The position numbers were made by a program, and so were the translations under genes. The notes below the pieces were generated by a model. It was given only the letters and a program-made list of their open reading frames with translations, searched no databases and had not been told where the DNA came from. 64,000 bases of DNA from an uncultured bacterium (GTDB lineage: Bacteria; Patescibacteriota; JACMRA01). Each line of letters begins with the position of its first letter. Within the stretch, counting starts at the first letter, position 1. The DNA is taken from NCBI GenBank assembly GCA_963704645.1, contig OY969926.1, positions 256,001 through 320,000 on the forward strand. The letters are read 5' to 3'. Shown one piece after another: positions 48,132 to 57,520 of this stretch.

Positions 48132-49400
48132 CTAATCGGTTTTTCTTCTTTTCATTTCAACTATGTTGGGTTGAATTTTTAAGGCTAAAACACCAATTAC
48201 GAAGGCACAGGCTGCAAACCAAAGGAAAGGCAGATTAACATTTAAATGTCCTAAAGCTCCAAACAAAATAAAATTTACTGCTGTTAAAACGCTAGAAAGG
48301 CCAACAATTAAACCAATTACAGTGCCGCGCAAGTTTTTGGGTGAATATTCCCCTACCATACCCTGCGAAACTCCGCCCAGTAATGAGATAGTTATTACAT
48401 CAATAAAAGCAATAATGTATAAGGCAGAAACACTTGTTACAAAAGTATATCCAAGTAAAACTAGGGCCCCGCTGAAGGCGCTAAAAATTAACATTTTCCT
48501 TGTATCAATACGTTTGGAAATTTGAGTGAAAAATATTGTTTGAACCAACACTATCATAATTCCAAAATAAACTAAAAATGATGAAATTTCTCTTGGTGTC
48601 ATGTTCAATTTTCCTTCGGCGAAAATGATGAAATAGAAATAGTAACCCTGCAACATTACTTTCAGAAGCTCAATAACTATAATTAAACCAAGTTTTCTGT
48701 TGGTGTTCCAAATCTTCATAAATGTAGGAATCATCTCCTTAAATTTAAAGTTGGCCGGAATATCCAAATTAATTTCTGCGAAATCTAGTTTATCAATATC
48801 TTCTAATTCTGGTTCTAAGACTAAATGTTTAGAAGAACCATTTGTTGGCTTGGTTTCTTTAATGTTAAAGGCAATAATAATATTTACTAGGCATAAAAAT
48901 ATGGCTGCATAAATAATGGTTCTTGCTTCGTTCTGACCTTCTGGTATAAGTGCTAAAATTACACCACTGATGGCAGGTCCTAAAATAAAAGCAGAGGCAA
49001 CTAAAGTATTTAAAATTCCTAAATTTTGGTGTAAACTTTTTTTGTCACTCATGTCTGTAACTGAACTTCTTACGGCTGTATAAAAACCGTTGGTTGTTCC
49101 ATCAATTAATCTGTTTGAAATAAAAGCTTGTAAGTTTAAAGGCAATGCAATTATATAAGACAAAAAAGTACCAATACTAGCTATTCTGAAAACTGGTTTT
49201 CTACCTATTTTATCGGCTAAGCTGCCTAAATATGGAGCAGAAAATAATTGAACTAAGTAAAAAATTGCTTGGCAAAAAGGAAGCCAAAATTCCCCACCCT
49301 TTAGGTCTTTGGTAAAATCAGTTAAAATTGGAAATACTAGCGTGCCTGCAATTGCATCGATTACCACCATGGCGTACACTAAAATTAAATTTTTAGACAT
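48132..49400 (-). CDS. MFS transporter (TetA/DHA1-like)
   Basis: About 12 TM helices; motif A GSLADKIGRKP; FILGPAISG. Confidence 0.92.
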   Translation of the reverse strand: MSKNLILVYAMVVIDAIAGTLVFPILTDFTKDLKGGEFWLPFCQAIFYLVQLFSAPYLGSLADKIGRKPVFRIASIGTFLSYIIALPLNLQAFISNRLIDGTTNGFYTAVRSSVTDMSDKKSLHQNLGILNTLVASAFILGPAISGVILALIPEGQNEARTIIYAAIFLCLVNIIIAFNIKETKPTNGSSKHLVLEPELEDIDKLDFAEINLDIPANFKFKEMIPTFMKIWNTNRKLGLIIVIELLKVMLQGYYFYFIIFAEGKLNMTPREISSFLVYFGIMIVLVQTIFFTQISKRIDTRKMLIFSAFSGALVLLGYTFVTSVSALYIIAFIDVITISLLGGVSQGMVGEYSPKNLRGTVIGLIVGLSSVLTAVNFILFGALGHLNVNLPFLWFAACAFVIGVLALKIQPNIVEMKRRKTD

Positions 49401-49449
49401 TTTAACCTTATAAAAAAATCACAAATTCTGGCATGGGTCAAGCTAGACT

Positions 49450-50880
49450 TTATTCTGCATTATCTAATTCCAAATAGTTTAAATTGGTTTGAGTGGTCAA
49501 AACTTCAGCGTTTACAGGTGCTTCTAATTTCAAAATTTCGCTTTGTACACCACCTAAACTTTTTCTAGATTTATCATAATTATCTTGAGCTGTTCTAAGT
49601 TTATCGCCTAGTTTATCAAATTCTTCTCTGAAAGAAAATATGTTCTTTTTAATTTTCTTTAATCCTTCCACAATTTCTTCTGCTCTTTCATTTACTTCGT
49701 GTTTAAACCTGTAAGTTTGAACTAATAAAATGAGTGGGAAAAAGGTTGAAGGGGAGGTTAATGTAATTTTTAATTTTTGCATTTCCTCCATTAATTTATA
49801 GTCATCTACAGCTAGGGCGTACATACTTTCGCTTGGTAAATAAAGTAGTAATAAATCTAAATGTCCTTTACCATATTTTTTGGAAATATCTTTAGCCATA
49901 ATTAGTAATGCGGCCAAATATTCCTTTTTAGATTGAACTTTTTGGCTGCCCTCGGCTTCTATATAATCTTGAAATTTAGTTAGCGGGAATTTCGAATCTA
50001 TTCCAATTTTTTTGTCTCCTAAATAAATAACAAAATCAATTTTGTCACTACTTTCAGGAATTGAAACCTGTTTATCCCATTGGTCTTTGTTTAAATGTTC
50101 GGCTAATAAAGTTTCTAAATAGTTTTCCCCAAAACCACCAAAGGCTTTAGAACTAGTTCTATCAAAAATAGAGTTTAATTTTTCCACAGATTTGGTAGAT
50201 TCAATCATTTTTTCGGCTGTACTTTGCATAGAGCCTAAATTAGTAGCTACATCTTGGAATGACTTTAAATTCTGTTGGAAATTTTCGTCTAATTTAGCCC
50301 TAATTTCATCTTGCATTTGCTTCAATTTTTCTTGATTGGTATTAGAAAGAAGTTCAATATTTTTCTGGTTACTTTCACGCAAAGAAGAAAGCTCAGTTTT
50401 GTTTAATTCTATTAAATTTTGAATAGAGCCAGAAAGTTGAAGTCTAACAGCTTCTTGCAAACCCTGTAAACCTGTTTGGTTATTTTGGCGAAGAGAGGCG
50501 AACTCTAATTTTTGTTCGGAAAGCTGTTTTTCAAAAGTGCCAATTAAAAGCTGTTGAGATTGAAGTTGAAGTTGCTGAATTTTACTTAGTTCTTGGTTTA
50601 ATCTGTCTTGAAGTTGAAGTTCCAGTTGGCCAAAACGTTTTTCTAAATTTTGGAAATTTTCACCCATTTGCTGGCTTTGGGAAATACTAAAAGAGGTAAT
50701 TTTTTCAGAGAACTTATCTGAAATTTGACCAAGTAAACTTAAATTAGTCTGATTAAGTTGATTTAACAAACCTAAATTGTCTGTTTCTTGGCTTGGCTTT
50801 GAAAATTTTTGCCAAACCTGCCATAAAACAAATAAAACTATAATTTGTAAAACAATGCTAATTATGACTAAATATTCCAT
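49450..50880 (-). CDS. rmuC: DNA recombination protein RmuC
   Basis: N-terminal TM helix and coiled coil; motifs GGFGE..LE, IDSKFPL, LYLPSESMY and SPST. Confidence 0.92.
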   Translation of the reverse strand: MEYLVIISIVLQIIVLFVLWQVWQKFSKPSQETDNLGLLNQLNQTNLSLLGQISDKFSEKITSFSISQSQQMGENFQNLEKRFGQLELQLQDRLNQELSKIQQLQLQSQQLLIGTFEKQLSEQKLEFASLRQNNQTGLQGLQEAVRLQLSGSIQNLIELNKTELSSLRESNQKNIELLSNTNQEKLKQMQDEIRAKLDENFQQNLKSFQDVATNLGSMQSTAEKMIESTKSVEKLNSIFDRTSSKAFGGFGENYLETLLAEHLNKDQWDKQVSIPESSDKIDFVIYLGDKKIGIDSKFPLTKFQDYIEAEGSQKVQSKKEYLAALLIMAKDISKKYGKGHLDLLLLYLPSESMYALAVDDYKLMEEMQKLKITLTSPSTFFPLILLVQTYRFKHEVNERAEEIVEGLKKIKKNIFSFREEFDKLGDKLRTAQDNYDKSRKSLGGVQSEILKLEAPVNAEVLTTQTNLNYLELDNAE

Positions 50881-51415
50881 ACTATTTTATTTAAATCAGC
50901 AGCTTAGCTTTGTCCAGATAAAAAATTATTCAAAATTGGACGTACAAACTATACAGTCTCAAATAACCGAAGAAGCAAATGATGAAAACACGTGGGAATT
51001 AATGAATTCAGAAATAAGTTTAATTGATAATTTGCAGCCAGATCCAACTTTAAATCTAGCTGTTAAATTAGAAGCTTTTTGGAAGCAGAATTGGCCAAAA
51101 ATTAAAGACACTGAAGAATTACTTTTTTGGGTTGGGCCAAAAGCTAGTTTTACCGATACCAGAATGATGTATATTTGGCTAAAAACTTGGGCGGATAATT
51201 CTTCCAGTTCATTAATTGAAAGTAATAAGGCGGAGAAGGATAAAGAGGATTTGCAACTAAAAATTTGGAACAGCCCTGAATTTAATTTGGAATTTGAAAA
51301 CCTAAACTCCGATTTGAACAGTCCAGAAAAAAAACAGCTTTTACTACTTTTAAAACAAGCCGAACCAGAATATAGAAGTATTCTGCAATATAGCGGAAAA
51401 CCAAGAATTGGTTAA
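50864..51415 (+). CDS. tsaB: Short, divergent TsaB (t6A biosynthesis)
   Basis: GPKASFTDTR corresponds to GPGSFTGxR; C-terminal YSGKPRIG. Start uncertain. Confidence 0.6.
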   Translation: MTKYSILFYLNQQLSFVQIKNYSKLDVQTIQSQITEEANDENTWELMNSEISLIDNLQPDPTLNLAVKLEAFWKQNWPKIKDTEELLFWVGPKASFTDTRMMYIWLKTWADNSSSSLIESNKAEKDKEDLQLKIWNSPEFNLEFENLNSDLNSPEKKQLLLLLKQAEPEYRSILQYSGKPRIG

Positions 51416-51559
51416 TCTAACCAAGCTTGTAATCAGTAGGTATTGTCAGTGTGTCGTTTTAACAGGCTTTTATTCTTGTCAGATGATGAATTCTATGCTT
51501 TAAATTAAAAGTTAGGTGATTTTATTACCAAAGCATTAATTGATTTTAGGAATTTAAAA

Positions 51560-51829
51560 ATGAAGAAAATTGGTAGAATTGTTGTCGCTCGTTTATTTTT
51601 AGTCGCCACCAGTGTCGCATTGTTAGTATCATGTGTTGAAGGTGCCCCGCAGATTCCGACGCCAACACCGCCTGCTGGCACCGATCCCAAACCAAATGCA
51701 GCGCCATACTCGGGCAATAATGCCACTGAAAAAACGAAGGCTGATGATGCCGCTAGGCCAAAAGCTCCTGCTGCTACACAAGCTCCTGTGACAAAACCAA
51801 TAGCAATTGAAGGTCAAAGGAAAATATGA
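51560..51829 (+). CDS. Small Pro/Ala-rich lipoprotein
   Basis: Signal peptide with an LLVSC lipobox. Confidence 0.65.
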   Translation: MKKIGRIVVARLFLVATSVALLVSCVEGAPQIPTPTPPAGTDPKPNAAPYSGNNATEKTKADDAARPKAPAATQAPVTKPIAIEGQRKI

Positions 51830-51840
51830 TTTAAATTCAA

Positions 51841-51871
51841 AAAAGAGCTAGGCATCAGGTTTAGCTCTTTT
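51841..51871 (+). terminator. Intrinsic terminator (potentially bidirectional)
   Basis: AAAAGAGCTA...TAGCTCTTTT. Confidence 0.65.
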
Positions 51872-51987
51872 ATTTTTGGCCAAAAAATGTTGTGAATCAG
51901 TTTTGAAATATGAAAAACTTTAAAGAAAAAGACCTATATAATAATATATATAAGTCTAAATTTTTTTACCTCAAAAATAGAAAAAAA

Positions 51988-52572
51988 CTATGCAGTAATT
52001 TGAGAAGGATTAAGCGCTGAACTAATAAATTCTGGTGAGCATCTAGCAAAACCAAAAAAGTTTTTCCAAAAAACTGAATAGTTATCTTCGACAATGTAGA
52101 AATTTTCAGATGGCCAGTATAGATCGTCAAAACAAGAATTAACTTCCCGAATTAAATCTCTGGTTTGTTCAGATTCTAAAATTTTTCTATCAAATCTAGA
52201 AATAACTTGTTGAACAATTTCAGGTTTAATATTTTCAGGTAGAAAATTCATTTTATCAATAATATCTCTAACTGATTGTGTGCCAGAAAAATTATGTTTT
52301 TCCAAGATTTTGTTCCTTAGTATTACTTTAACAGATGGTTTAGTGTTAAAAACACACCTTTTGGAGACTAGAGGCTTTTTATAAATTATGCAAGTTATTC
52401 TTTGCTTTTTGATAGTTTTGTTTTGTTGTGTACGTACATAAAAATAGTTTTTCCTATTTTTTCCACTTATACCCTGAAACAAGTTCAGGGGTGGCAGGTC
52501 CCATAATTTTGCTATAGGCTCAATGTTTTGTTTAGCAGGCTCATTGACTAACCTTAGCGTTTCTGATCGCAA
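51988..52572 (-). CDS. Hypothetical protein
   Basis: 194-aa ORF with an uncertain start; contains a REP-like palindrome near its 5' end. Confidence 0.45.
   Translation of the reverse strand: MRSETLRLVNEPAKQNIEPIAKLWDLPPLNLFQGISGKNRKNYFYVRTQQNKTIKKQRITCIIYKKPLVSKRCVFNTKPSVKVILRNKILEKHNFSGTQSVRDIIDKMNFLPENIKPEIVQQVISRFDRKILESEQTRDLIREVNSCFDDLYWPSENFYIVEDNYSVFWKNFFGFARCSPEFISSALNPSQITA
52471..52496. repeat. REP-like palindrome, copy 2
   Basis: CCCTGAA-ACAAG-TTCAGGG hairpin. Confidence 0.6.
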
Positions 52573-52637
52573 TTCATCTGGACTTTAGGGTTTTAAAAGG
52601 TTGACAGAATTTTTACTTGGCTTAAATATTATACTAT

Positions 52638-52711
52638 TCGGGGATCGTCTAGTGGTAGGACGACTGGTTTTGGTTCAGTTAACCGGAGTTCGAGTCTCTG
52701 TCCCCGAACCA
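52638..52711 (+). tRNA. tRNA-Gln(TTG)
   Basis: Acceptor TCGGGGA/TCCCCGA, anticodon arm ACTGG-TTTTGGT-TCAGT, TTCGAGT loop and CCA. Confidence 0.95.
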
Positions 52712-52806
52712 AGAAATTTTAAAGCCTCCCTTTTGGGAGGTTGTGTGTTTCTTAAATTTGCTTCTAAAATTGACAAAATATTTAACAAGCCAAATTGTTA
52801 TAGGAA

Positions 52807-52881
52807 CGGGATGTGGTGCATCGGTAGCATGCTTGCTTTGGGAGCAAGAGGCACAGGGTTCAATTCCCTGCATCCCGACCA
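52807..52881 (+). tRNA. tRNA-Pro(TGG)
   Basis: Acceptor CGGGATG/CATCCCG, anticodon arm CTTGC-TTTGGGA-GCAAG and CCA. Confidence 0.95.
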
Positions 52882-52901
52882 AATTTATAAAACCTTAGAT
52901 T

Positions 52902-54041
52902 GTGGATTCTTCAGTATTTAAAATTTTTTCCAAAAGCAACGGAAGTAAAGCAAGAACAGGGCAATTAAATTTACCAAGAGGCCAGGTTAAAACTCCAGTT
53001 TTTATGCCAATTGGAACAGTGGGTAGTGTAAAAACAATTTCTAAGTTTGAACTAGAAAAACTAGATGCCCAAATTATTTTAGGAAATACATATCATTTGT
53101 GGCTTAAACCCGGGTTAGATATTATGGAAAATGCCGGAGGTCTTCATAAATTTGTGTCTTGGGATAGACCAATTTTAACCGATTCCGGTGGTTTTCAAGC
53201 TTTTTCTTTATCAAAACTGCGTAAATTTACGGAAGAAGGTGTTAAATTTAGAGTAGAAAAAAGCGGAGATAAAAAGTTTCTTTCGCCAGAAGTTAGCATG
53301 CAAATTCAAAGCATATTAGGCAGTGATATTGCTCTGGTTTTAGACCAATGTTTAGAAGCCGAAGTTAGCAAAGATGATGCCAAAAGAGCCATGTTAAGAA
53401 CCAGAAGATGGGCTGAAAGAAGTAAAATTGAATTCGAAAAAATAAGACAGCAAAAACCTCATCAAAACTTGTTGTTTGGTATTCCTCAAGGTGCACAGTT
53501 TAATGATTTAAGAAAAGAATCGGCCTTACGTACCATGGAGCTTGATTTCCCAGGGTATTCTATAGGAGGTGTGGCTAATGGAGGCGAACCTGAAGAAATA
53601 ATGTACGCCCAAGTATTGGCCCAAACAGAAATTTTAGAAGAGGAAAAACCAAAACATTTATTAGGAGTTGGAACCCCAAAAGATATTGTGCAAATGGTAG
53701 CTCGTGGCATTGATATGTTTGACTGTGTTTACCCAACTAGAAACGCTCGTCACGGTTCGTTAATGTTTAGACTAGATGAATATTCTTATGAAAATGTGCA
53801 AATTTCTAGTGTAAAATACCAACAAGATTTTTCTGCAATAAACCCTGAGTCAATTTTTGAGGAATTAAGAACATATTCGAAAGCTTATTTGTGCCATTTA
53901 TTTAGAGCCAACGAAATTTTAGCCCTTCGCCTAGCAACTCTGCACAACCTAGAATTTTACTTAAATTTAATGAAAGAAATTAGAACCAGAATTGAAGAAA
54001 ATAAGTTTGAAGGTTGGTGGCAAAAATTCAACCGAAAGTAG
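52902..54041 (+). CDS. tgt: tRNA-guanine transglycosylase
   Basis: Motifs TPVFMPIGT, LGNTYHL, TDSGGFQ, HLLGVG and DMFDCVYPTRNARHG. Confidence 0.96.
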   Translation: MDSSVFKIFSKSNGSKARTGQLNLPRGQVKTPVFMPIGTVGSVKTISKFELEKLDAQIILGNTYHLWLKPGLDIMENAGGLHKFVSWDRPILTDSGGFQAFSLSKLRKFTEEGVKFRVEKSGDKKFLSPEVSMQIQSILGSDIALVLDQCLEAEVSKDDAKRAMLRTRRWAERSKIEFEKIRQQKPHQNLLFGIPQGAQFNDLRKESALRTMELDFPGYSIGGVANGGEPEEIMYAQVLAQTEILEEEKPKHLLGVGTPKDIVQMVARGIDMFDCVYPTRNARHGSLMFRLDEYSYENVQISSVKYQQDFSAINPESIFEELRTYSKAYLCHLFRANEILALRLATLHNLEFYLNLMKEIRTRIEENKFEGWWQKFNRK

Positions 54042-54272
54042 CGGAGACTCCCAGTCTCAACCATTGTTAGCCATGAAATACGCATATCTCCACCTCGATT
54101 TGAAATGGTGAAATTATGTAGGGGCGATGTTCACCATCGCCTTTCACGTTTTGTAATCAAAAATTATAAAATAAAACAGCAAGATAAGTATATCTTAACA
54201 CAAGCACATTTGCCCAATTAAAAACACCCAAACTTCAAGGGAAGAATGGGTTAATAAAAGACTTATCTAAAT

Positions 54273-54590
54273 TCAGCTATAATAATCATTCATAAACTTT
54301 GTGAATCCATCATAAGTGTAGTTGCATGGAATTCCAACTACAATCATAAATACTCCTTCGGTGTAACGTGGGTTTATCGATGTACAATATCCTTCTAATT
54401 CAACACCATCTTTAACTTCCAAAGAAATAAGTTGTCCTATTGCAGAAGTTCTTAGGTCTTCAAATATTGGATCACCTTTTAAAAAAGCTGCAACGGCATA
54501 ATCTGGAATGTTATCTTGAGGGATATATTGTCTCTTCTCTCCAACTGGATCTACCCATATCTCAACTCTTTCTAATGGTTGATTTGCCAT
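54273..54590 (-). CDS. Hypothetical protein
   Basis: 105-aa ORF in intergenic space with no competing gene. Confidence 0.55.
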   Translation of the reverse strand: MANQPLERVEIWVDPVGEKRQYIPQDNIPDYAVAAFLKGDPIFEDLRTSAIGQLISLEVKDGVELEGYCTSINPRYTEGVFMIVVGIPCNYTYDGFTKFMNDYYS

Positions 54591-54685
54591 TGTTGTTCGT
54601 TAAAAATTTAACAAATGAACTTTTTAACATATACACATTTCCCTAACTTTGACAAAACCAACCTCCAAAAGCACAACATAATGGT

Positions 54686-57370
54686 ATGTTATTCCTAAAG
54701 TCTTGGTTAGAAGATTATATTAACTTGTCTGGTTTTAAAACCTCTGAATTGGCTGAAATTATTACTAGAAAATCTTCTGAAGTAGAAGAAGTTGTGGAAA
54801 TTACCGAGCGTTTTGAATGTAAGGTTTTAGTTGGTAAAATTCAAAGTTTGCGTAAGCACCCAGAGGCTGACAAGTTAAATATTTTTGATGTAAATTTAGG
54901 TGAAAAAGGTATTGTTCAAATTGTATCTGCAGCGCCTAACGCTCGTGATGGTTTAATGGTTCCTGTGGCTTTAGACGGAGCTAAACTTTCTGGAATTACT
55001 ATTGTGGCTAAAAAGTTGCGTGGTTATGAAAGTCAGGGTATGTGTTGTGGTAAAAGTGAGCTTCTATTGGAAACCGAATATAGTTCAGGTTTGTGGGAAT
55101 TAAACGATTTACTTGAAGATGAAACATTTTTGGGTTGGTCTATTTGCGAGGCTTTGCCAGAATTTTTTGGTTTGGAGGAGATTATGGACATCAAGGTTCT
55201 GCCCGATAAAATTGGGGTTATAGGCAACCATTTAGGAATGGCTTTAGAAATCGCCCTAATTTTGGAACAGCCAGAATTGCTAACTCCGTTAGCCGTCAGC
55301 TTAACTAATCCGCAAAAAGTAGTGGAACAAATTAAAGAAATTTCCCATAAATTAGTTGGTAATAAAGGTGAAGACAAAGATTCATTAGATAACAGCTTGT
55401 CCATAGTTTTTAAAGATAATTGCAACTACGCCAACAGTTTTAATTTGTTTAAGTTTGAAATAGAAAAGCATTTCCGTTTAGACTATATTTTGCAGCAAAG
55501 AATGAATTTAATTCAGAAAAATTTGGTAGGTGGTTTAGTAGATTTATCTAATTATCTGTTGTCTGATATTGGTCAGCCAAATCACTTTTTCTCTGTTCCA
55601 AAATTGCAAAAACTTACTGGCTTTAGTGAAACTGAAAGTAATAACGACAGGTTGAACTGGTCAATTGAAAAACTTGATACGCAAGAAGATTTTAATGGCT
55701 TAGGTCAGTTAAAACAAACTAATCTACCGTCAAACTTAGTAGTTTTAAAACAAAATTCTACAACCCTGCATATTCCAGGAATTTCAGGCGGAGAAAGTAC
55801 TAAAGTGGATGAAGAAGACACCAGTTTTTTGGTAGAAATTGCCAGCTTCAAACCAGATCAAATTGGTAGAAACTCGTTTGCTTTAAATTATCGTTCGGAC
55901 GGTTCAAAAATTTGGTCTGGAGGTGTAAACCCAGCTAGAATTTTGGTTGGAATTATTCGTTTGTTTACTTTACTAGAAGGAAAAAGTATAAATTCAGAAT
56001 TGGTGCTAAGTTGGTTAAGCGAAATGGGTAAAATAGATAATCTAAACATTCTGTCAGAAAAAATAACTTCTTTTGAAAACAATAAACTAGATGTAAAATT
56101 AGACTATATTATTGAAAGATTAGACGAAAGGGGTGTAGATTATTGGAAAGAAACTGTGGTTACTAAATTAAGTAAAATTGGAGATTATTATTTAGATAAT
56201 TTGCAGTTTAATATTTTTTATAACCGCATTCGCACCCAAGAAGACATCTTAGCCGAACTGGTTCGCTTGATTGGTTTTGAAAATTTGCAGCCAAGCTATA
56301 TACAGTTTAAAACAACTCCAACAGAAAATTCTGATTTTAATAAAAAACAAAACTGGAAAAAAACTTTGGTAAATTTTGGCTTTTACGAGACCATAACCAG
56401 ACCATTTTTAGCCGAAAATGAACTTCTGTTAAACTTAAATAATAATAATAATAAAAATGATAGTGCAAATAGTGGTGAAGATAAGAAAGAAAAATCTGAT
56501 ACAGATAGTAATGATAAACTAAAAGGTGATTACCAAGCATTTGAAATTTTAAATCCGTACTCCAGTTTACAACCATATTTTAGAGACAGCTTGCTTCCAA
56601 GTTTATTGCAGTCTACTTCTAAAAATATTAAGCATGGACATAAGGAAATTAATATGTTTGAGGCTAGTCAAGTGTACTTTTTGCAGGAAGGAAAGAAACA
56701 AGAGGTTTATGAAATTTGGGGAATTTGTGTTGGAGAAGAAATTAGTAGAATTACCAGTTTAGTTCATTATATAAATAAGTCTTTGCAAACAGAATTGAGC
56801 TTCCAAAAAATTTCCAACGATGGTGGCTCCACCAATTCATCCAACAATAAGTTTAATAAAATTGGTCATGGCTATGAATACACTCTTTCTAAAAACTTAG
56901 GAAGCTTAGAAGGCAGCTCCAATAATTCGAGCAATCAGATTTTGCATCAAATTTCAGTTTTTGAAGTGAATAAACAAACTAAAAAGTTCTTTGATATTCC
57001 TTTAACTAAAACAGTTTGGGCTTTTAGAATTGGCTTTGAAAACCAAATTTCAGCTTTAAGCTCATACCCTAAATACACCGAAGAAAGTGACTATCCAGGT
57101 ATTAACAGAAGTTATTCCTTATTACTTCCAGCCAAGCTTAAATGGGCAGAAATTAGCCAAATTATAAGTCAAAATATTCCACAAGATTCTGTAATTAGTT
57201 TAATTCCAACCGAAAGAATTAACGAAACTGAAACAGAATTTGTAGCTTTAAATTTTCAGGTTAATTTGCAAAGCTACACCAGAACTTTAGAAGGCCAGGA
57301 AATTGATGTATGGCAAAAAAACTGGCAGGAAGAAATGTTTACGAAACATCCAGAAGTAAAATTAAGATAG
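54686..57370 (+). CDS. pheT: Phenylalanine-tRNA ligase beta subunit
   Basis: SWLEDY, HPEADKL, QIVSAAPN, LRGYESQGMCC, EDILAELVRLIGF, NP...R.SLLPSLL and a C-terminal FDX-ACB-like region. Confidence 0.93.
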   Translation: MLFLKSWLEDYINLSGFKTSELAEIITRKSSEVEEVVEITERFECKVLVGKIQSLRKHPEADKLNIFDVNLGEKGIVQIVSAAPNARDGLMVPVALDGAKLSGITIVAKKLRGYESQGMCCGKSELLLETEYSSGLWELNDLLEDETFLGWSICEALPEFFGLEEIMDIKVLPDKIGVIGNHLGMALEIALILEQPELLTPLAVSLTNPQKVVEQIKEISHKLVGNKGEDKDSLDNSLSIVFKDNCNYANSFNLFKFEIEKHFRLDYILQQRMNLIQKNLVGGLVDLSNYLLSDIGQPNHFFSVPKLQKLTGFSETESNNDRLNWSIEKLDTQEDFNGLGQLKQTNLPSNLVVLKQNSTTLHIPGISGGESTKVDEEDTSFLVEIASFKPDQIGRNSFALNYRSDGSKIWSGGVNPARILVGIIRLFTLLEGKSINSELVLSWLSEMGKIDNLNILSEKITSFENNKLDVKLDYIIERLDERGVDYWKETVVTKLSKIGDYYLDNLQFNIFYNRIRTQEDILAELVRLIGFENLQPSYIQFKTTPTENSDFNKKQNWKKTLVNFGFYETITRPFLAENELLLNLNNNNNKNDSANSGEDKKEKSDTDSNDKLKGDYQAFEILNPYSSLQPYFRDSLLPSLLQSTSKNIKHGHKEINMFEASQVYFLQEGKKQEVYEIWGICVGEEISRITSLVHYINKSLQTELSFQKISNDGGSTNSSNNKFNKIGHGYEYTLSKNLGSLEGSSNNSSNQILHQISVFEVNKQTKKFFDIPLTKTVWAFRIGFENQISALSSYPKYTEESDYPGINRSYSLLLPAKLKWAEISQIISQNIPQDSVISLIPTERINETETEFVALNFQVNLQSYTRTLEGQEIDVWQKNWQEEMFTKHPEVKLR

Positions 57371-57422
57371 TTGGCCGTGTTAAGTTGACAGGAAAAGAGT
57401 TTCTTGAAAGGCTTAAATTCAT

Positions 57423-57499
57423 GCAACCATAGCTCAGTTGGATAGAGCGAAGGACTTCTAATCCTTAGGTCGCAGGTTCGAATCCTGCTGGTTGCACCA
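57423..57499 (+). tRNA. tRNA-Arg(TCT)
   Basis: Canonical cloverleaf, anticodon arm AAGGA-CTTCTAA-TCCTT and CCA. Confidence 0.97.
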
Positions 57500-57520
57500 A
57501 GGCATGTGTTTAGATATTTT

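Noticed and set aside
52601-52921. ORFs 52601..52921, 52679..52882, 57274..57531, 30855..31061 and the 5' extensions of 61312..61626 and 30144..30467
   Set aside because: These are shadows of tRNA or tmRNA genes.
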